Program-made: the position numbers and the translations under genes
The notes under the pieces: generated by a model
Databases searched by the model: none
Told to the model about the DNA's origin: nothing
Seen by the model: only the letters and a program-made list of their open reading frames with translations
Part shown: one piece after another, positions 49,007 to 62,885 of the stretch
How the letters are laid out: the number at the start of each line of letters is the position of its first letter
Numbering within the stretch: the first letter of the stretch is position 1
Source of the DNA: Lama guanicoe
Lineage: Eukaryota
Reading direction: 5' to 3'
Length of the DNA stretch: 64,000 nucleotides
Assembly: GCA_013239625.1 (NCBI GenBank)
Contig: MU053810.1
Coordinates: forward strand, 5,550,071 to 5,614,070

Positions 49007-52000
49007 AGAAAATTTTTAAATGAGCTTTTTTTTTTTTCTGTATCATTATGTTCCAGCTACTTTTCTGGAAAAAAACAAGAGAGCAGACTCAGTCCCCTAA
49101 GGAAATGTATGTAAAAGCCAAGCAAGGATATTTTTGTAAAGAATACATATATACCATTTCTTTCCCTTTATTTTTTCATTGCTGAAATCTATGTTTCTAG
49201 CCAAATTTTCACATAAGGGTGTTTTGGTTTTGGTTTTGGTTCATTTTTGTTTTTATTTTGTTTTGATATGTTTGTTTTGCAATGACTGGCTTTGGACCAA
49301 GTATATTCTATATCCCATCATCCTGATGAGTCTCAGATTAGGGGACAATTTGGTGATAAAACCAGTTTTATAAAATGGCTTCAGGGAATTGGACTGAGTC
49401 AGTTTGATTCTGCTGATTCTGATTCTGCTACCTATGGAATGTTGCCTCTTTACATTTCTCTACTTATATTTTTTAATTGGGCAAAATGGTGAACTTGAAG
49501 GCTACATCCAAAAATTTCAGCATCTTTCAAAATCTTGCAGTGAACACATGCTATTTCATTGTTCCCATTTTCTACCTTTTTCATTCTACCATGGAAAACC
49601 AGATGGTCTGCACCAGCTGAGAGAAATCATCTCCAGGCCAGCATATTTGCATAATTTTCCTCTCTGCCCTTAATCTGGAGCAAAGGAAATAAAATAAGGA
49701 GCCAGGATAATGAATTAAATCAAGTTCTTAATTACAGAGTTAGGAAACTTTTTAACATAATTGAAGATTCCGTGCTCATGTTACTTTCAAAAATTCAGAG
49801 ATTCCCTTGTAAATTGGGATTTCTAGTCCAGGCTTTTTCCTGATGAGTTCGTCAGTCCAGCAAGTCAGAATGCTGACAGTTTCTACAAACCCGAGAAAAA
49901 TAATTATGACATTTAAAATGCAAAGATAGACACACAGAATTGCGAATCCTCTGCCCTCGCAATGCTTTCTCGAGGCCAGTTTCTCCTAATAAGGCATTTG
50001 ACATGCTTGCCAGGCCCTGATGTTTTTACAGATCTGTTCTTCCACTGTATTCAGTGCAGCACCCAAGCTGACCGGGCTAGATCGGCCTTATTCACCAAAG
50101 GGGAACTCAGCCTAAAAGGACATTTTAGCACCCAAGTCAGTCTCATTATACTTCATTCTCACCCTTAGGAAAGATAATGCCTCTTTATTTGGTATTCATG
50201 TTTTCTTTCCGATTGTGTGAATTGAGATGACTTTAATACATCATGTCCTGTTACAAGGCTTCTCTGTGAAGCAGGGAAAGACATGGCATCTGGTGCAGTT
50301 AATTCTTACAACACTGGGAGGACATAATTGCTTTATCACACAGGGCTGTGTTGATAGGACATGTCACCACTGCAAGAATGCTCTCACGTTATGGAATGTG
50401 GTCAGTGGCTAACGTTATCATGGACGTGCCCTGAAATAGAGGATTGATAAATTGTGTAAGAGGAGCCAGTAACAGTCAGCAAATGATAAGCAAGGACATG
50501 GCTTAAAAGCATTTCAGGAGTTTCATTTACAGGAACTCTTACTTGTTTTGCTCCCTGTTTATTGCTTTGGAAGAGTTTCTCTTAATTATACTTGTCATTT
50601 CTTTTTAAGTATATACTTGTTTTGAGAGATGAGAATACATAGGTTTCATTGCAGGCCTGTGTTTCTAAGTCATACTGAAAGGAATTGTTTCTTCACAGCG
50701 TTTCATAGCTGCTTTTAAGGGAGCATGTTTTACATGTAAGATTTAACACAATTTGAAGTGATGGGCTGGTCTGTTGGATTCTCTCATCCTCTGACAAACG
50801 AAGGAACATATACATTTGTATCAATAAAATCCGTGAATGGAACATGGGGGCATATTTTGAATCTATCAAACATACGACATTATCTAAAGTTGTAAATTAT
50901 AGTAATATTTTAATAAGATTCTTTTTCTTATTCATGAAATGTTATAAGATATTGGGTAGCAGGAAAAGGTAATCTGTTCAGTAAAAAAAAAGAAAAAGAA
51001 AATAATGAAAGAGAAAACTCTCGTAATTTTTTTAGAGAAATACAGTTTCTAAACAATAATAGGGCTTAAATTTTAATTCTGAGTGATCTTATGTTTTCCA
51101 ATTAGAATTGGACTTTAAACATTTTATGATTCTGTAGGAAATCTCTATATTTATGTCCTTAGAAAAAATCTTCTTTAAGGGCAAAACTCTTCTCAACTGT
51201 TTTTAGCTCAGTAATTTTATGATGTGAATGTATAAGCATTTCTTTTCTTTACAGTTGACCAACCTGTGTTGATTCAGTATAAGGTACACATCAAAGGAAA
51301 ATGAACCACAAGAGATCCAAAAGTAATTGAAGGGGAAAAGGAAAGCAAATTCTTGGTGTCAGAGAATGTCATACTCCAGGGATTATAAACTATTGACATA
51401 TCTTATTCATTGGAATTTAGATTGAGAGTATGAATTTAGATTTCCACTCTAGTTCTTTAAAAAAAAGAAATCCCCTTATTCCATTCTCTGGGAGTTGAGT
51501 GCTTTATATTAATCATATTTATCCTAGAATGTCTGTTTAGTCTGTTAACTCTGACAACAGCCTTTATCTCTTTCTTCACCCAAAGGCATTATAATGAAAT
51601 ATTACAAGCATATCTTTATTTCTGGTAAACAATAAATCTTTCTGGGCATTGCTCAAACTCTAGGCATACTGGTCAATATTTTGCAAACTCCTGATATTTA
51701 TTAATACCAGCAAGTGACTGGTAGCTTGATGAGGACTTTATTAGGACTACAATGGCATGTATGTTTCTTTTAAAAAAAAAAACAGAATAAGCCTTAATTA
51801 GATGAGTGATGTAGGACACACTACCCAGATCTCTGAGAGTCAGTTGTCTTATCTTTGCAATTGAAGGAATAATGAATAATATGAGCCCTCTTGACCGCAA
51901 GGATCAAATATAATATACATGAAAAATTTGAAAACTAAGGAAGTACCAACTTCCTGCCCGGAAATCTGACCTCTTTTGGAAATAGTTCCCACGTTAAGGT

Positions 52001-55000
52001 CCCATGAGAACTTCCATCATGCCTGGACCCAATCCCCAGTTAACCCTCCACCCCTTCTCTCCCTCCACCACTTCGCTCTGCCCTTGAAAAGGCCCAAAGG
52101 TCATTAAAAGAATCCTAAAGAGAGAAAAGTGGTGGCCACGCCAAGACGGTCGTAATGGGACCTGAAGGGTCATCAATTGCATTGGGTGCAGTTGAGGCCA
52201 TGGAGGATAAAGGCTGAAAAGGAAGCCAGAGTCATTGTGTTTATTTGTATTTTGTTGATCTTGTTAATGTTTACTCATTTGTTTTGCAATTAGGGCCATG
52301 GGCAGGAGGGTGCCATCTTTAGAACTGTCTCAAGACACAGTGGGGCCAAAGGTCCAAGAGCAGAGGAGTGGGGTACTTCTGTGAAGTAAGAGCAAACAGT
52401 AGGAGCCTCTTTGAATCTGAAAATAGGTTGATTATCTACATAGTCTACACATGGATTGGCAGGATTCAGAGAACTAAAATATAACACAACCGTTAGAATC
52501 ACGTGTAGTTTCTTCCAAAGTCACTTCTGAAGGGAAGATATTACAGTGTTTCACGGAGCTTAACATAATGCTTCTGAAACCTCGTGTTCTTTGAGCTTTC
52601 TCAATTTTGGGATCCTGGATACAGAGCTTACCTTTTGTGAATCTTACTTGTAGCTGTTCATTTCTAGTCATGAATCTACTTTAAAAAGTCATTCTTCCAA
52701 AAAAAAAAAAAGAACGAAAGAAAAGGCTTTAAAATCTGGAGTTTCCATATGTAACTCACCATATGGTGTTCATTTTACATATGATTTGTCCGCGGGATGG
52801 TAAGTCATATCACACAGATGATTAGAACACTTGAATAAATGTAGCCTTTATTTTATTTCTTTTTGTGCTACGGCAGAGGGATCCACACCAGTGGTGTTGC
52901 TCGTATAACTCCCTAACTTTGTGCACTGGCGCCCCAGGAACCATGGGTGTCATCGCAGTCTGGACCTTGGCCCAGCTTGTTTCTGCCACATTGATACCTG
53001 ATTCATCCACGTATCCTCAGCCAGTCCAAATACCACCCTGTTGGATCCTGCTCATTCTGGGTACCACCAGGAAGCCCATCACCTGCAGCATCATGTCCCC
53101 TCTGACTCACTGAACTTCATCATCATTGATTTTTTTTCCCAATTCCTCCAACAAGCCAAGTCCTAACCATCCTCCCTGCCTTTGCACTTGCTGTTTTTTT
53201 TCCCCCTTGGGATGTTATTCCTGCCCTTTCCTCTTGTCCTTTGGATCTCAGTTAAACTACAATTTCTTAGAAAGGTTTTTCCCCTGCCGTCTTTGGGGAA
53301 AGTGGCTTCCCTCCAGTAGTCTCTATCACAGAACCCAGTTTATTTGCTTCTTGCAAATGGAATTATTTGGCTTACGTGTGGTCTTGATTAGTGGCTCACA
53401 TTTCTCACAAACTCAAGTTTCCTTGACAAGGATTTAAGCATCCTTCTTTCCCCATCCTCAAGTGAAAGTCCTCGTCAGTGCAAATAATGGACAAAAAATT
53501 GGTAAAACCTTGAAAAGGCATTATTGCTTTTATTTTGAAGTAGCCTGGTTTTCAATTGGTGATTGTGCAGACAGGACCCTGCTGGACCACGTGAGAAAGT
53601 AGCCACATGCCTGCCCCTGGACCTCAGCAGCGTGGGTGGGGCAGCGATAAACGCGCATTAACAGAGGTGGCTGTGAGGCACAGCCGTTTGGTTCCAGGAG
53701 ACCATGGTTAACAGTTCTTGGTAAAAGTTCCCAACAAAGGCCAGTCTTCCATTGATTTACACAGTGCTTTCATTTGTTTAAAAAAAAAATTCAGTATATT
53801 TGGCAACTATACAAAAAAAGCTTTGTGCCTGTATGCACAATAGAGTCTAGGTTCGGGTCCTTTTGTAAACAGATTTCTCACCTCCATGAACTCCAGCAGG
53901 GCAGTCAAGGTCATGAGGGGTGTATACCATTGCATTGTTACCTGGGACTGTTGGGCCCAATGTAGGACTTTATATCCCTGGCCACTGCCCACAAATGGAC
54001 TCTAATGTCCCTCAGTTGTTGAGACAGCCAAAAATGCTGCAACAGATTTCCGGAACAGACTTTTTGGAATGACCCATCTGGAGGATAAACACAGAGTGCA
54101 GGCACCATGTTTGCCAGATCTACTATAGAAGCCTAGACAGCCAGCAAATTACCTGTAGGGGGTGCTGTGTGGCAGATGTTTAAGGAATGACCTGATGAGT
54201 AAAAGGGAATACAAGGAAACAGGGAGACGCATTCATCCATTCAACTCATAAATGTTGACTAAGCAGCTCTTGTATGTGCCAGTGCTGTTTTAGAACCTAG
54301 GAATACAGCAGTTTATGAGACAAATTTCCAGCTCTAAAGGGCGTCCTCTTTCTCCCTGTATGGAACTACTTCGTGATGTAAGTGCCATGGAGAGTTCCTA
54401 TGTAAGATGACCATAATTTTGGTGCGTCACATTTTCTTTAATTCAGAGCACTTAGTCTATGTAGTTAAATCAATTGATTCCAAGGAAAGAAAGCTGGGTA
54501 GGGAGTAAAAAGCAGTAGAAGGAAGGCAGGTTGGTGACAAAGATGTGTGAATTGTGCTTGAGAAACAAACAACAGAATGAAATGAGAGCCTGAAAATAAC
54601 TTAGTTTTTTACAGTTTCCTTGTCTACACGGTATCAAGGACCAAAACATTTACATCCAAATCATTTTGTTGTTTCACTTATGTGACAATAACAGAAATGC
54701 ATTCGGTGGCTATTTTCCCCTTTTACGTAGTAGGTGTGCTAGACACAGTGTACATGCCTCCTTGAAATGAGGGTAAGCTGTAAACCTGAGTGTTAAGATG
54801 CATCCATTTGAGCATATATTTATTTTCATATTTATATAGTATTTGCTTTGACTCACCCCATCCTCAGTTGTAGCAGTCAGTCAACAGGTGGCCATTAGTC
54901 AGGAAGGCAAAAGGGACTGAGGGAACTTGGCAATAGCTGAATGTGACCATCGGGAGTTGAATGTTCTCGCTTGCAGTTCTGGAAATTTCAGTGGGAGAGG

Positions 55001-55442
55001 TTAGGTCAGCTTTAATGTATGTCCTAATGGAACTGGGGTAAAAATGGTCGACTGAAAAGAAACATTTTGGGGTCTTAAAAACCTGTTGAAACTCTGGCTG
55101 CCATTTCCTCTTTTTCACTTCCAAATTACTGGGGTACCTGTTTTGCTGGCACAACCTAAGGCTAAAATTACTAATACCCTTTCAGAAGCCCGCCTCCCGT
55201 GCTGAAAAGTAGGTGTTGCTTCAAATGATGTGTGGAATTTACAAGTGATGTCCTTCTGAAATGGGCATGTTTATTGGCTACAACTCTTGAATTAGAAATA
55301 TTATTGTCAGAATTGTTCTGATGTTAAGATTGACTTTTAGGCTCTCTACTCTTGTGAGCAGTACTGAAGAGCCCATGGTTGTAAATTTGAGTGTCCAGCA
55401 CAAACAGCAAACTAAATTCTTCTGTATTCAAAGTAAGCCATA

Positions 55443-56347
55443 TCAATAAGCACATGAAAAGAAAATGCTCAATATCACTAATTATCAGAGAAATGCAAAT
55501 CAAAACTACAATGAGGTATCACCTCACACCAGTCAGAATGGCCATCACTCAGAAGTCCACAAATGACAAACGCTGGAGAGGCTGTGGAGAAAGGGGAACC
55601 CTCCTACACTGCTAGTGGGAATGCAGTTTGTTGCAGCCACTGTGGAAAACAGTATGGAGATTCCTCAAAAGACTAGGAATAGATTTACTATATGACTCAG
55701 TAATCCTGCTCCTGGGCATATATCCAGAAGGAACCCTACTGCAAAAAGACACCTGCACCAACCACAATGTTCATAGCAGCACTATTTACAATAGCCAAGA
55801 CATGGAAACAGCCTAAATGTCCACCAACAGATGACTGGATAAAGAAGATGTGGTATATTTATACAATGGAATACTATTCAGCCATAAAAACCAACAACAT
55901 AATGCCATTTGCAGCAACATGGATGTTCCTGGAGAATGTCGTTTTAAGTGAAGTAAGCCAGAAAGAGAAAGAAAAATATCATATGAGATCACTCATATGT
56001 GGAACCTAAAAAAAAAAAAAAGAACATAAATACAAATCAGAAACAGACTCATAGACATAGAATACAAACTTGTAGTTGCCAAGAGGGCAGTGGGTGGGAA
56101 GGGACAGACTGGGATTTCAAAATGCAGAACAGATAAACAAGGCTATACTGTATAGCACAGGGAAATATATACAAGATCTTGTGGTAACTCACAGCAAAAA
56201 AAAAAGTGTGACAATGAATATATGTATGTTTATGTATAACTGAAAAATTGTGCTCTAAACTGGAATTTGACACAACATTGTAAAATGACTGTAACTCAAT
56301 AAAAAAAATTTTTTTAAAGAGCAAACATTCCTATTAAAAAAAAAAAA
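55443..56347 (+). mobile_element. Young 5'-truncated L1 with frameshifted ORF2 C-terminus, 3'UTR and tail
   Basis: ORF pieces [33 protein letters not shown] and [19 protein letters not shown]...WIKKMWYIYTMEYYSA are L1 ORF2. TSD AAAG(T/C)AAGCCATA at 55430-55442 and 56345-56357. Confidence 0.95.
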
Positions 56348-57439
56348 GCAAGCCATAAATTCTGGAACATGATCTTGTCCTGGGGGTTAACAACATTGCA
56401 GGAACATGGACTGGTGCTATGTATTGCAGAATGGACACTCAGGAAAGACGTACTATGTTAATACAGTGATGATGAGTCAACACTGTAAGAATAAAGGAAT
56501 GAAAATCAAAAGTTCTTTGACATTAGTTCTCCAAACAACCAAAAATGGGTGGTATTTTTTTTCTGTTGTACAGAGAAGGAAACTGAGGCTCAAAGAGTTT
56601 GGTTTTGTAAACTAACATTTACCGTGTGCTTATAATAACTCATTTAGCCCTTATGAGAGTCATGGGAAATAGGTCTGTATTTCCATTTTACAGATAAGGA
56701 AACTGATGTGCAGAACTTGTAAGTGATGGCTTTGGTACAGAGCTAGGATATTGTGGAGCAGGGCGTGGCTGAAGGAAGCACACTTCAGAGCTTGTCCCCT
56801 TAAACCACTAGGCTACACTACATCTCAGGTGTCAGGTCAGTGACCTACCGGATACACAGCTGACAAGAAACAGAACAAAGTTGTCTGGTTTCAAAATCCA
56901 TGCCCTTTCCACAATCCTTTACTGCAAACCCAGTGAATTCTCTATTCATTGTAGGAAGGGGACATGAATGTCTTCTGATTATCAAAGCCAAGGGTTGTTG
57001 TCCACGCCTCTTACTCTTTCTTTTCAGTCCATAACTCATTCTCCTTCATCATGTTCTGTTTTTCATTGCCTCCAACTTCTCTGAACACGACTTCCCATTC
57101 TTGGCTGGCTTCCCCTCCCACCCCTACTAAATGTGAGTGTTCCCAAGTTTTATCTTAAACTCTTATTTTATCTATTGTGAGAACCTGTCTCTTGGAGTTC
57201 TCATCTACTCACTGGATTCAACCATCACCTTTATGTAGCCATCCTTAAATAGAACTTTAAAAAATCCTGTCGTATAAGTGCAATTGCCTGTTATACATTT
57301 CTCCGTGGATGTTTCACCAATGGATTCATGTTTGGGGTCAAATTCTTAATCGTTTTTTGCCAATAAGCTCCACCGAGTGCAGGAAACATACACTCAGGAA
57401 CCATCCCAAACCACCTCCATCTCTAACTTCCATATTCTT

Positions 57440-57545
57440 GTTTTTTGTTTTTGTTTTTGTTTTTTAATGGAGGGACTGGGGATTGAACCCAGGATCTCAT
57501 TCATACTAGGCATGAGCTCTACCACTGAGCTCTACCCCCACCCCT
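57440..57545 (-). mobile_element. Vic-1-like SINE
   Basis: Antisense GGGGATTGAACCCAGG...CTCTACCACTGAGCT with a (TTTTTG)n tail. Confidence 0.85.
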
Positions 57546-58034
57546 TAGCCTCTGTATTATTACTACTACATATTTACCCAAATCTAGGTCAGTTTCTTTA
57601 ACAATTAATGATCAGTTTATCTGATGGTGTTTCACGTAATGATTTAATCTTTGAAGTGCTATTTCTGTATACATCCAGGCATCATGTTCTCTTTAGGCAT
57701 CTTTTTGACTTTTAAGGACTTACACGTGTTTGTTTAAAAACTTTTTTTCAACTTAATTTCTATTTCAGAAAAGTAATGATCAAATTAGCACTGTGGATAT
57801 TTTTATTTTGAATAACTACTTAAAAGTTGTTTATCTGAAGACTTTTGCTTCCAAATGTTTTGTTAGTAGCAATAAATACTTGCAAAATTCATAGAAATTT
57901 TACTAGTTTTATCTAATTATTCCTTTATATTGTGTGATTTCTATTTCCTCTTTTTTCCCCCTGATTATATGAAAACTCTATTTTAGCCATTTTAGAGACT
58001 TAACACAGAAGTAGCCTTAAATGACTTAAAACTC

Positions 58035-58400
58035 TTTTTTTTTGAGATATAATTGATGTATAACATTATATGAGTTTCGGCTGTGCAACATAACAGTTAT
58101 GATGTATATATTGTGAAATGCCTACCACAGTAAGTCACCACACATAGTTAACAATTTATTTTCTTATGATGAGAACTTTTAAGACCTCCTCTCTCAGTAA
58201 ATGGGTGAAGACATGGGTGAAGTGGTCAAAAGGTACAAACTCCCAGTTATAAAATGTCTAAGTCCTGGGAATGCCATGTACGGCATGGTGACTGTAGTTA
58301 ATAATACTGTCTTATCTGTTTGAAAATCGCTAAGAGAATAGATCTTAAAATTCTTTACATAAAAAACATAGCAAAAATATAATAACCTGTGAAGTAACAG
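58035..58400. mobile_element. Divergently oriented L1 3' fragments (minus 58035-58200; plus 58200-58400)
   Basis: A T-tract and antisense L1 3' end are followed directly by sense L1 3'UTR (CAAAAGGTACAAACT...CATGGTGACTGTAGTTAATAATACTGT). Confidence 0.75.
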
Positions 58401-61030
58401 ACTTTAAAGTCTGTAAGAAATAAAGCCTGTTAAAAATATTGCTGTAGAGTAGTATTGCTAAATGTTGTTAAAAATATTGCCAATGAGAGTAGAGTCTTAA
58501 GTAAACTCTTCATTGAGTGAGTTCACAAACTATGTGCTGATTGGTTTTGCCAGTGAGTAAAAGGCTGCTTGTCTGGGTTGATGATCTTCAGTCCAGCCAT
58601 CCCTTTCTTGTCCACATTCATGCATTATTTTCTTCCTGATCTGGTCTTTTCACACATCTCAGAGTCTCCTCCCAGGCCTTTCTGCATCATAGGCCATTCT
58701 TCCTGAAAACAGCACAATAGATTTCCTAAGTCAGACTCTCAATATCTCAGTCCCTCTGTTTCAAAATCTTGAGTGGCTCATTATTTACAGGATGAATTTC
58801 AAGCTTAGCCTGGCATTCCAGGCTCTCACCAGGATGGGTGGCTCATGCTTGGCCTTTTTAGATGTAATACCTGTGGTCCCCATACAAACTTTGATGACTG
58901 GTTGATTCATTGATTGATTACTACGTGGCAGGTCTACTCACTGAAGAATATCTTGGATTGAGGACTCCAGCGTTCTTCCGAGGCCTGGCTCAAATCCTGT
59001 TCCTTCTTGGGTCTTCTCTGTTCCCCAGGGAAACCAATCCTCTGATGCTAGGTTCTGTTTCCTGTCTGTCTTACCAGTTATTTGTGGACACGTTTCCATC
59101 TCAGGTTGTCAAAGACTGTATCTTGTTTGAAGGCTTGGTATGAGCCCATGAATATTACTAGTACTAGTAAGTAGTAGTCATGCAGTATTTAATAGCATCC
59201 TTTTTTGAAAAAAAAAAGATATAACTAGACAGGCAGCATGCTATGGTTGCAAAAAGCAATTATTTGAGCTCAAAAGTCTGAATGCACATCCTTACTTTAG
59301 GTCCTCCTGGTACCTGAGCAACTTTGGCTGTGGTACCTCAAGTCTCTATCTATTCCTTCTTTTTTTACATATAAAATAACAAGAATAGTAGTACCAATTG
59401 AATACCTTTGGTTTAAGAACAAGTAAATAATTATGGGGATGGGGGGAGTGCATTCTCCACCATAAGCTGCTTTAAAATTTAATCCTGGGAGTATTTTTGT
59501 GAATGCTGTTTTCAATAAAGTGGTCTTCAGTGCAATTTATTCTTCTAGTCTCCTCTTTCTTTCAAAATCCGCAGCCTAATCTTTCCTCTCCTGCCTGTTC
59601 TGTATTGTCTTTCCTACGACCTACATCTTTCTCCCTGGTGTGTCAGCCTCCTTTCCTCTCCTTCCTTTCTCTCTCTTCTCAAGTTTCCTCTTTCTGTCCA
59701 ATCCCATTTCCCACGCAGTGTTTCTTTTTCCTTCTTCTTCTTTAATTTTCTTTCTGGTTACGTATTTAAAACCGACAGAAGATGAAAGAATTTCTGTAAA
59801 ATCCAGAAGTCTATACAATTTGTATTTTTTTTTATGGTAGCATTTCAGGCAAGGGCTGTTTTATTTGTATGCACAGAATTTTGGAAGGTTACAGGGAGCT
59901 GGAGGGGTACAAATTCAAATCCTATCTATTTGGTTTAAAGATGAAAGCAAATGTCCAGACAGTTAAGGGACTGGCCCTGGATCTCAAAGTTAAGGACTGA
60001 TTGAGTTGATAGTTAGAAGACTGTTTCCGGAGTTCGTCCACTCTTGTTTCTTTTCAATTTTGCTAGCCACTGTATTGTGTTTCCTAGAGTTTAGTTAAGG
60101 ACATTGACTGGGGGTTAGTTTATTCCCAGCAAACAATCTAGCTGATTGGCTTTGGGTAAGCTATTTAACCTCTCTGGCCTTGGAAGTCTCATCCACAAAT
60201 GAAAGGACCAGCTGCTTTTCAAGGCATCTTTATCATTCTCAAACTTTATCATATTTAACAACTTTCTGATGGCCAAGTACAAGGTGAGTTGGATTCTCAC
60301 TCTTGTTTCTTTCCAAATGCCACCCAGGGTTGAACTTTTCTTGCGACATTCCTATATTTCAACCTGTACCACCAATTAAGCTTGTCTAGTAGTTGGCTAA
60401 ATTATTTCTGATTAAAACATGACAGCTTCCTTGGCGGAAATCCTGTCTTTGGGCTACAAGGATGTTTGGCAAGTTTTTTGTTATCATGTTTTTTAAAGGC
60501 TGTAGGGAAATGAAATATTTTGTTGAAATATTTTCTTTGGATCATAATGTTAAGTGAGAACAATGTGACATTCGTATTATACCTGAAAGCTGATAAAGGA
60601 ACCCCATCATCCTTCACTGAAGGACCAGGGTAGGGTTAATTATTCATGGATTTGTTTGTCTACCTTCCCACACAAGTGCAGATGAAGAAAGAAAAGAAAT
60701 GTGTAGAAGTATCTTTGCTGAGATAAGAATGCTAAGACGACGTTAGATAATTTGGCTTGTGCGGGATACAAAATCTAGTAAGTTACTGAGTCCCTTAATT
60801 TTGCATAAACTAACACTCAAATTTCCTTTAAATTCCTAGAAAATCTTTCTACTTCTTTAAATAAATGGAAAATTAATCTTGTTTAGTACATTCTTCCCCT
60901 AATATTTTATAATTATTATAATGTTTGCTAGCCCTGCACTGAAAGCCGGGAGCCTTATAAGTGTCTGTGACTGGGCCATGTGATTAAGCCACTGAGAGAA
61001 ATATGAATGAGTGTCCCCTGGCCCAGCCCT

Positions 61031-61032
<2 letters not shown>

Positions 61033-61072
<40 letters not shown>
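61033..61072. repeat. Poly-T tract (40 nt)
   Basis: Read directly. Confidence 0.97.
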
Positions 61073-61075
<3 letters not shown>

Positions 61076-62411
61076 GAATCAATGGATATATTACATCAAA
61101 AACTGGGTTTTGTTTGTGGAATTTGCACTCAGCTTGCCAGACCATCATTTCCTGAAATACTTGCAAACAGTCATTTTCTATCTTTTGGTGTCCAAGAGCC
61201 TATTTGAAGAGCATTGCCAAGCGTGGGAAACTAATAGCCCTCTATTCCGGCTGTGGATACAGTATCACTGTGGCCGTAGCTTGCTATAAAAGGGCTTCTT
61301 TGTGGCTACACTGAGTCTAGTTCAAGGTGTGAGTGAAACAGGTACCGCAATGACAGTGAGCATTTTGAAGTGTAAGAAACTTTTTCAGCTCATCAACATC
61401 TAGCGTTTTTCATTGTTTTTTTTTAATTGTTTCAAAATTTCTTGTTAAACGTTCCTCCCAAGTGCTTGGCGTCACTAACAGTAAGACCAAACAAATAACT
61501 TATTTCTGGGGGACGAGCACAAATGTTGAAATACTTCAGAACAAAGTTTGAAATGAACAAACATATTTTTTAATTTTACTATTTGTTGTGTTTGAGCTTA
61601 TTTTTTGTACTTGAACTTGGATTTGAAATACTTATCAGTATCTTACCACATCTTTTGAAAAGATTTTTCTCAAAAGTCCTTGTAAGGCAACTTAGATTCT
61701 TTAAGAAAAAAATCATGATTCCCTGGTGAAATTATATCTGTTAAACATATTGCAAATAATTGAACTGAGAATTTTTGTAGGTGATAAAGCTTTCTTTGGA
61801 TCATTTGTAAAGAGTAAACTGTTAGTAAAATTCACTCTAAGAAATGCTTTTCTTAAACACTGAAATATGTATTTAAGAATAGATATGCACATATCTATAA
61901 AAATTAGGGTATCACATTGTTCTCAATCCATGAAATATGTAAAAACTCACATTGATCCATACACAGTGGACATAAGGAACAGTAAATGTTTCTTAGATGC
62001 AAATGAAAGGTGAAGCTAACTTTAAGAGTTATAGACACCTTTTTATTTTTACAATATAAAAAGGTATTTTAAACCACATATGTCTTGGAAATATTTTTTC
62101 ATTTGACTCCAATTCAGTCATTACAGTTCTGATTCTGTACTGTCTTGATGGAATAGAAATGATAATTTGATCTAATTTTAGAAAGATGTATAAGCTGAAA
62201 GTTAATAATACCACAGTTTAACTGTCAAGAAAGAACCCTGTATGAAAGAATGAATTTTGGTTTCTGATCATATTGCACTGAAAACCAAATTCCCTTTTTA
62301 GGTGTGTATAGGGGCATAAAGGAGTGAGATGAGTTCATTTCTTACCATATAGCCAGGAGGAAAGAAACGTCCCAAAACGTACCTGAACTCTACTTTAAAC
62401 ACAACAAGTTG

Positions 62412-62553
62412 GGGGAGAGGGCATAGCTCAAGTGGTAGAGTGCATGTTTAGCATGCATAAGATCCTGGGTTCAATCCCCAGTACCTCCTCAATAAGTAAA
62501 CTTCATTACCTTCCCCGCAAAGTAAAATATTTTTTAAAAATTAAAAGAAAAAT
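62412..62553 (+). mobile_element. Vic-1-like SINE
   Basis: A and B boxes. TSD AAACAC(A/T)ACAAGTTG at 62397-62411 and 62554-62568. Confidence 0.9.
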
Positions 62554-62797
62554 AAACACTACAAGTTGAAATCACAGAGTTTCCTATTTAATGTGATTTC
62601 TCCATTGCATCCATAGGGATAAGATTCTTACAATAGATACCATTCCAGAATGAGGGTTGAAGATTTTTGTTATAAATTTCAAAATGATCTGATATGGCCA
62701 TTATTTTTTTAATAATAAATAATTATACCAAATAATAAATTACAAATTATACTAAATAATGAACATTTTATTTCTGTCTCTTGTTCTTTGCTCTCAG

Positions 62798-62885
62798 GTC
62801 CCTGTCACAATAAGCAAAAATATTTTACAGAGTAGGCTATGACCTCATTCGAACGTTCCCAGGAATTTAAAGTGGTTGCAAGATT
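62798..62885 (+). other. Candidate 88-nt exon
   Basis: A long polypyrimidine tract ends TTGCTCTCAG| and the donor is ATT|GTAAGT. An ATG at 62839 is open to the exon end. Confidence 0.35.

Noticed and set aside
51255..51283. 29-nt micro-exon after a good acceptor (TTTCTTTACAG)
   Set aside because: The donor is weak (AAG|GTACAC), the length is not a multiple of three, and there is no other support.
55391..56009. Three consecutive ORFs as a coding gene
   Set aside because: They are frameshifted L1 ORF2 C-terminal remnants.
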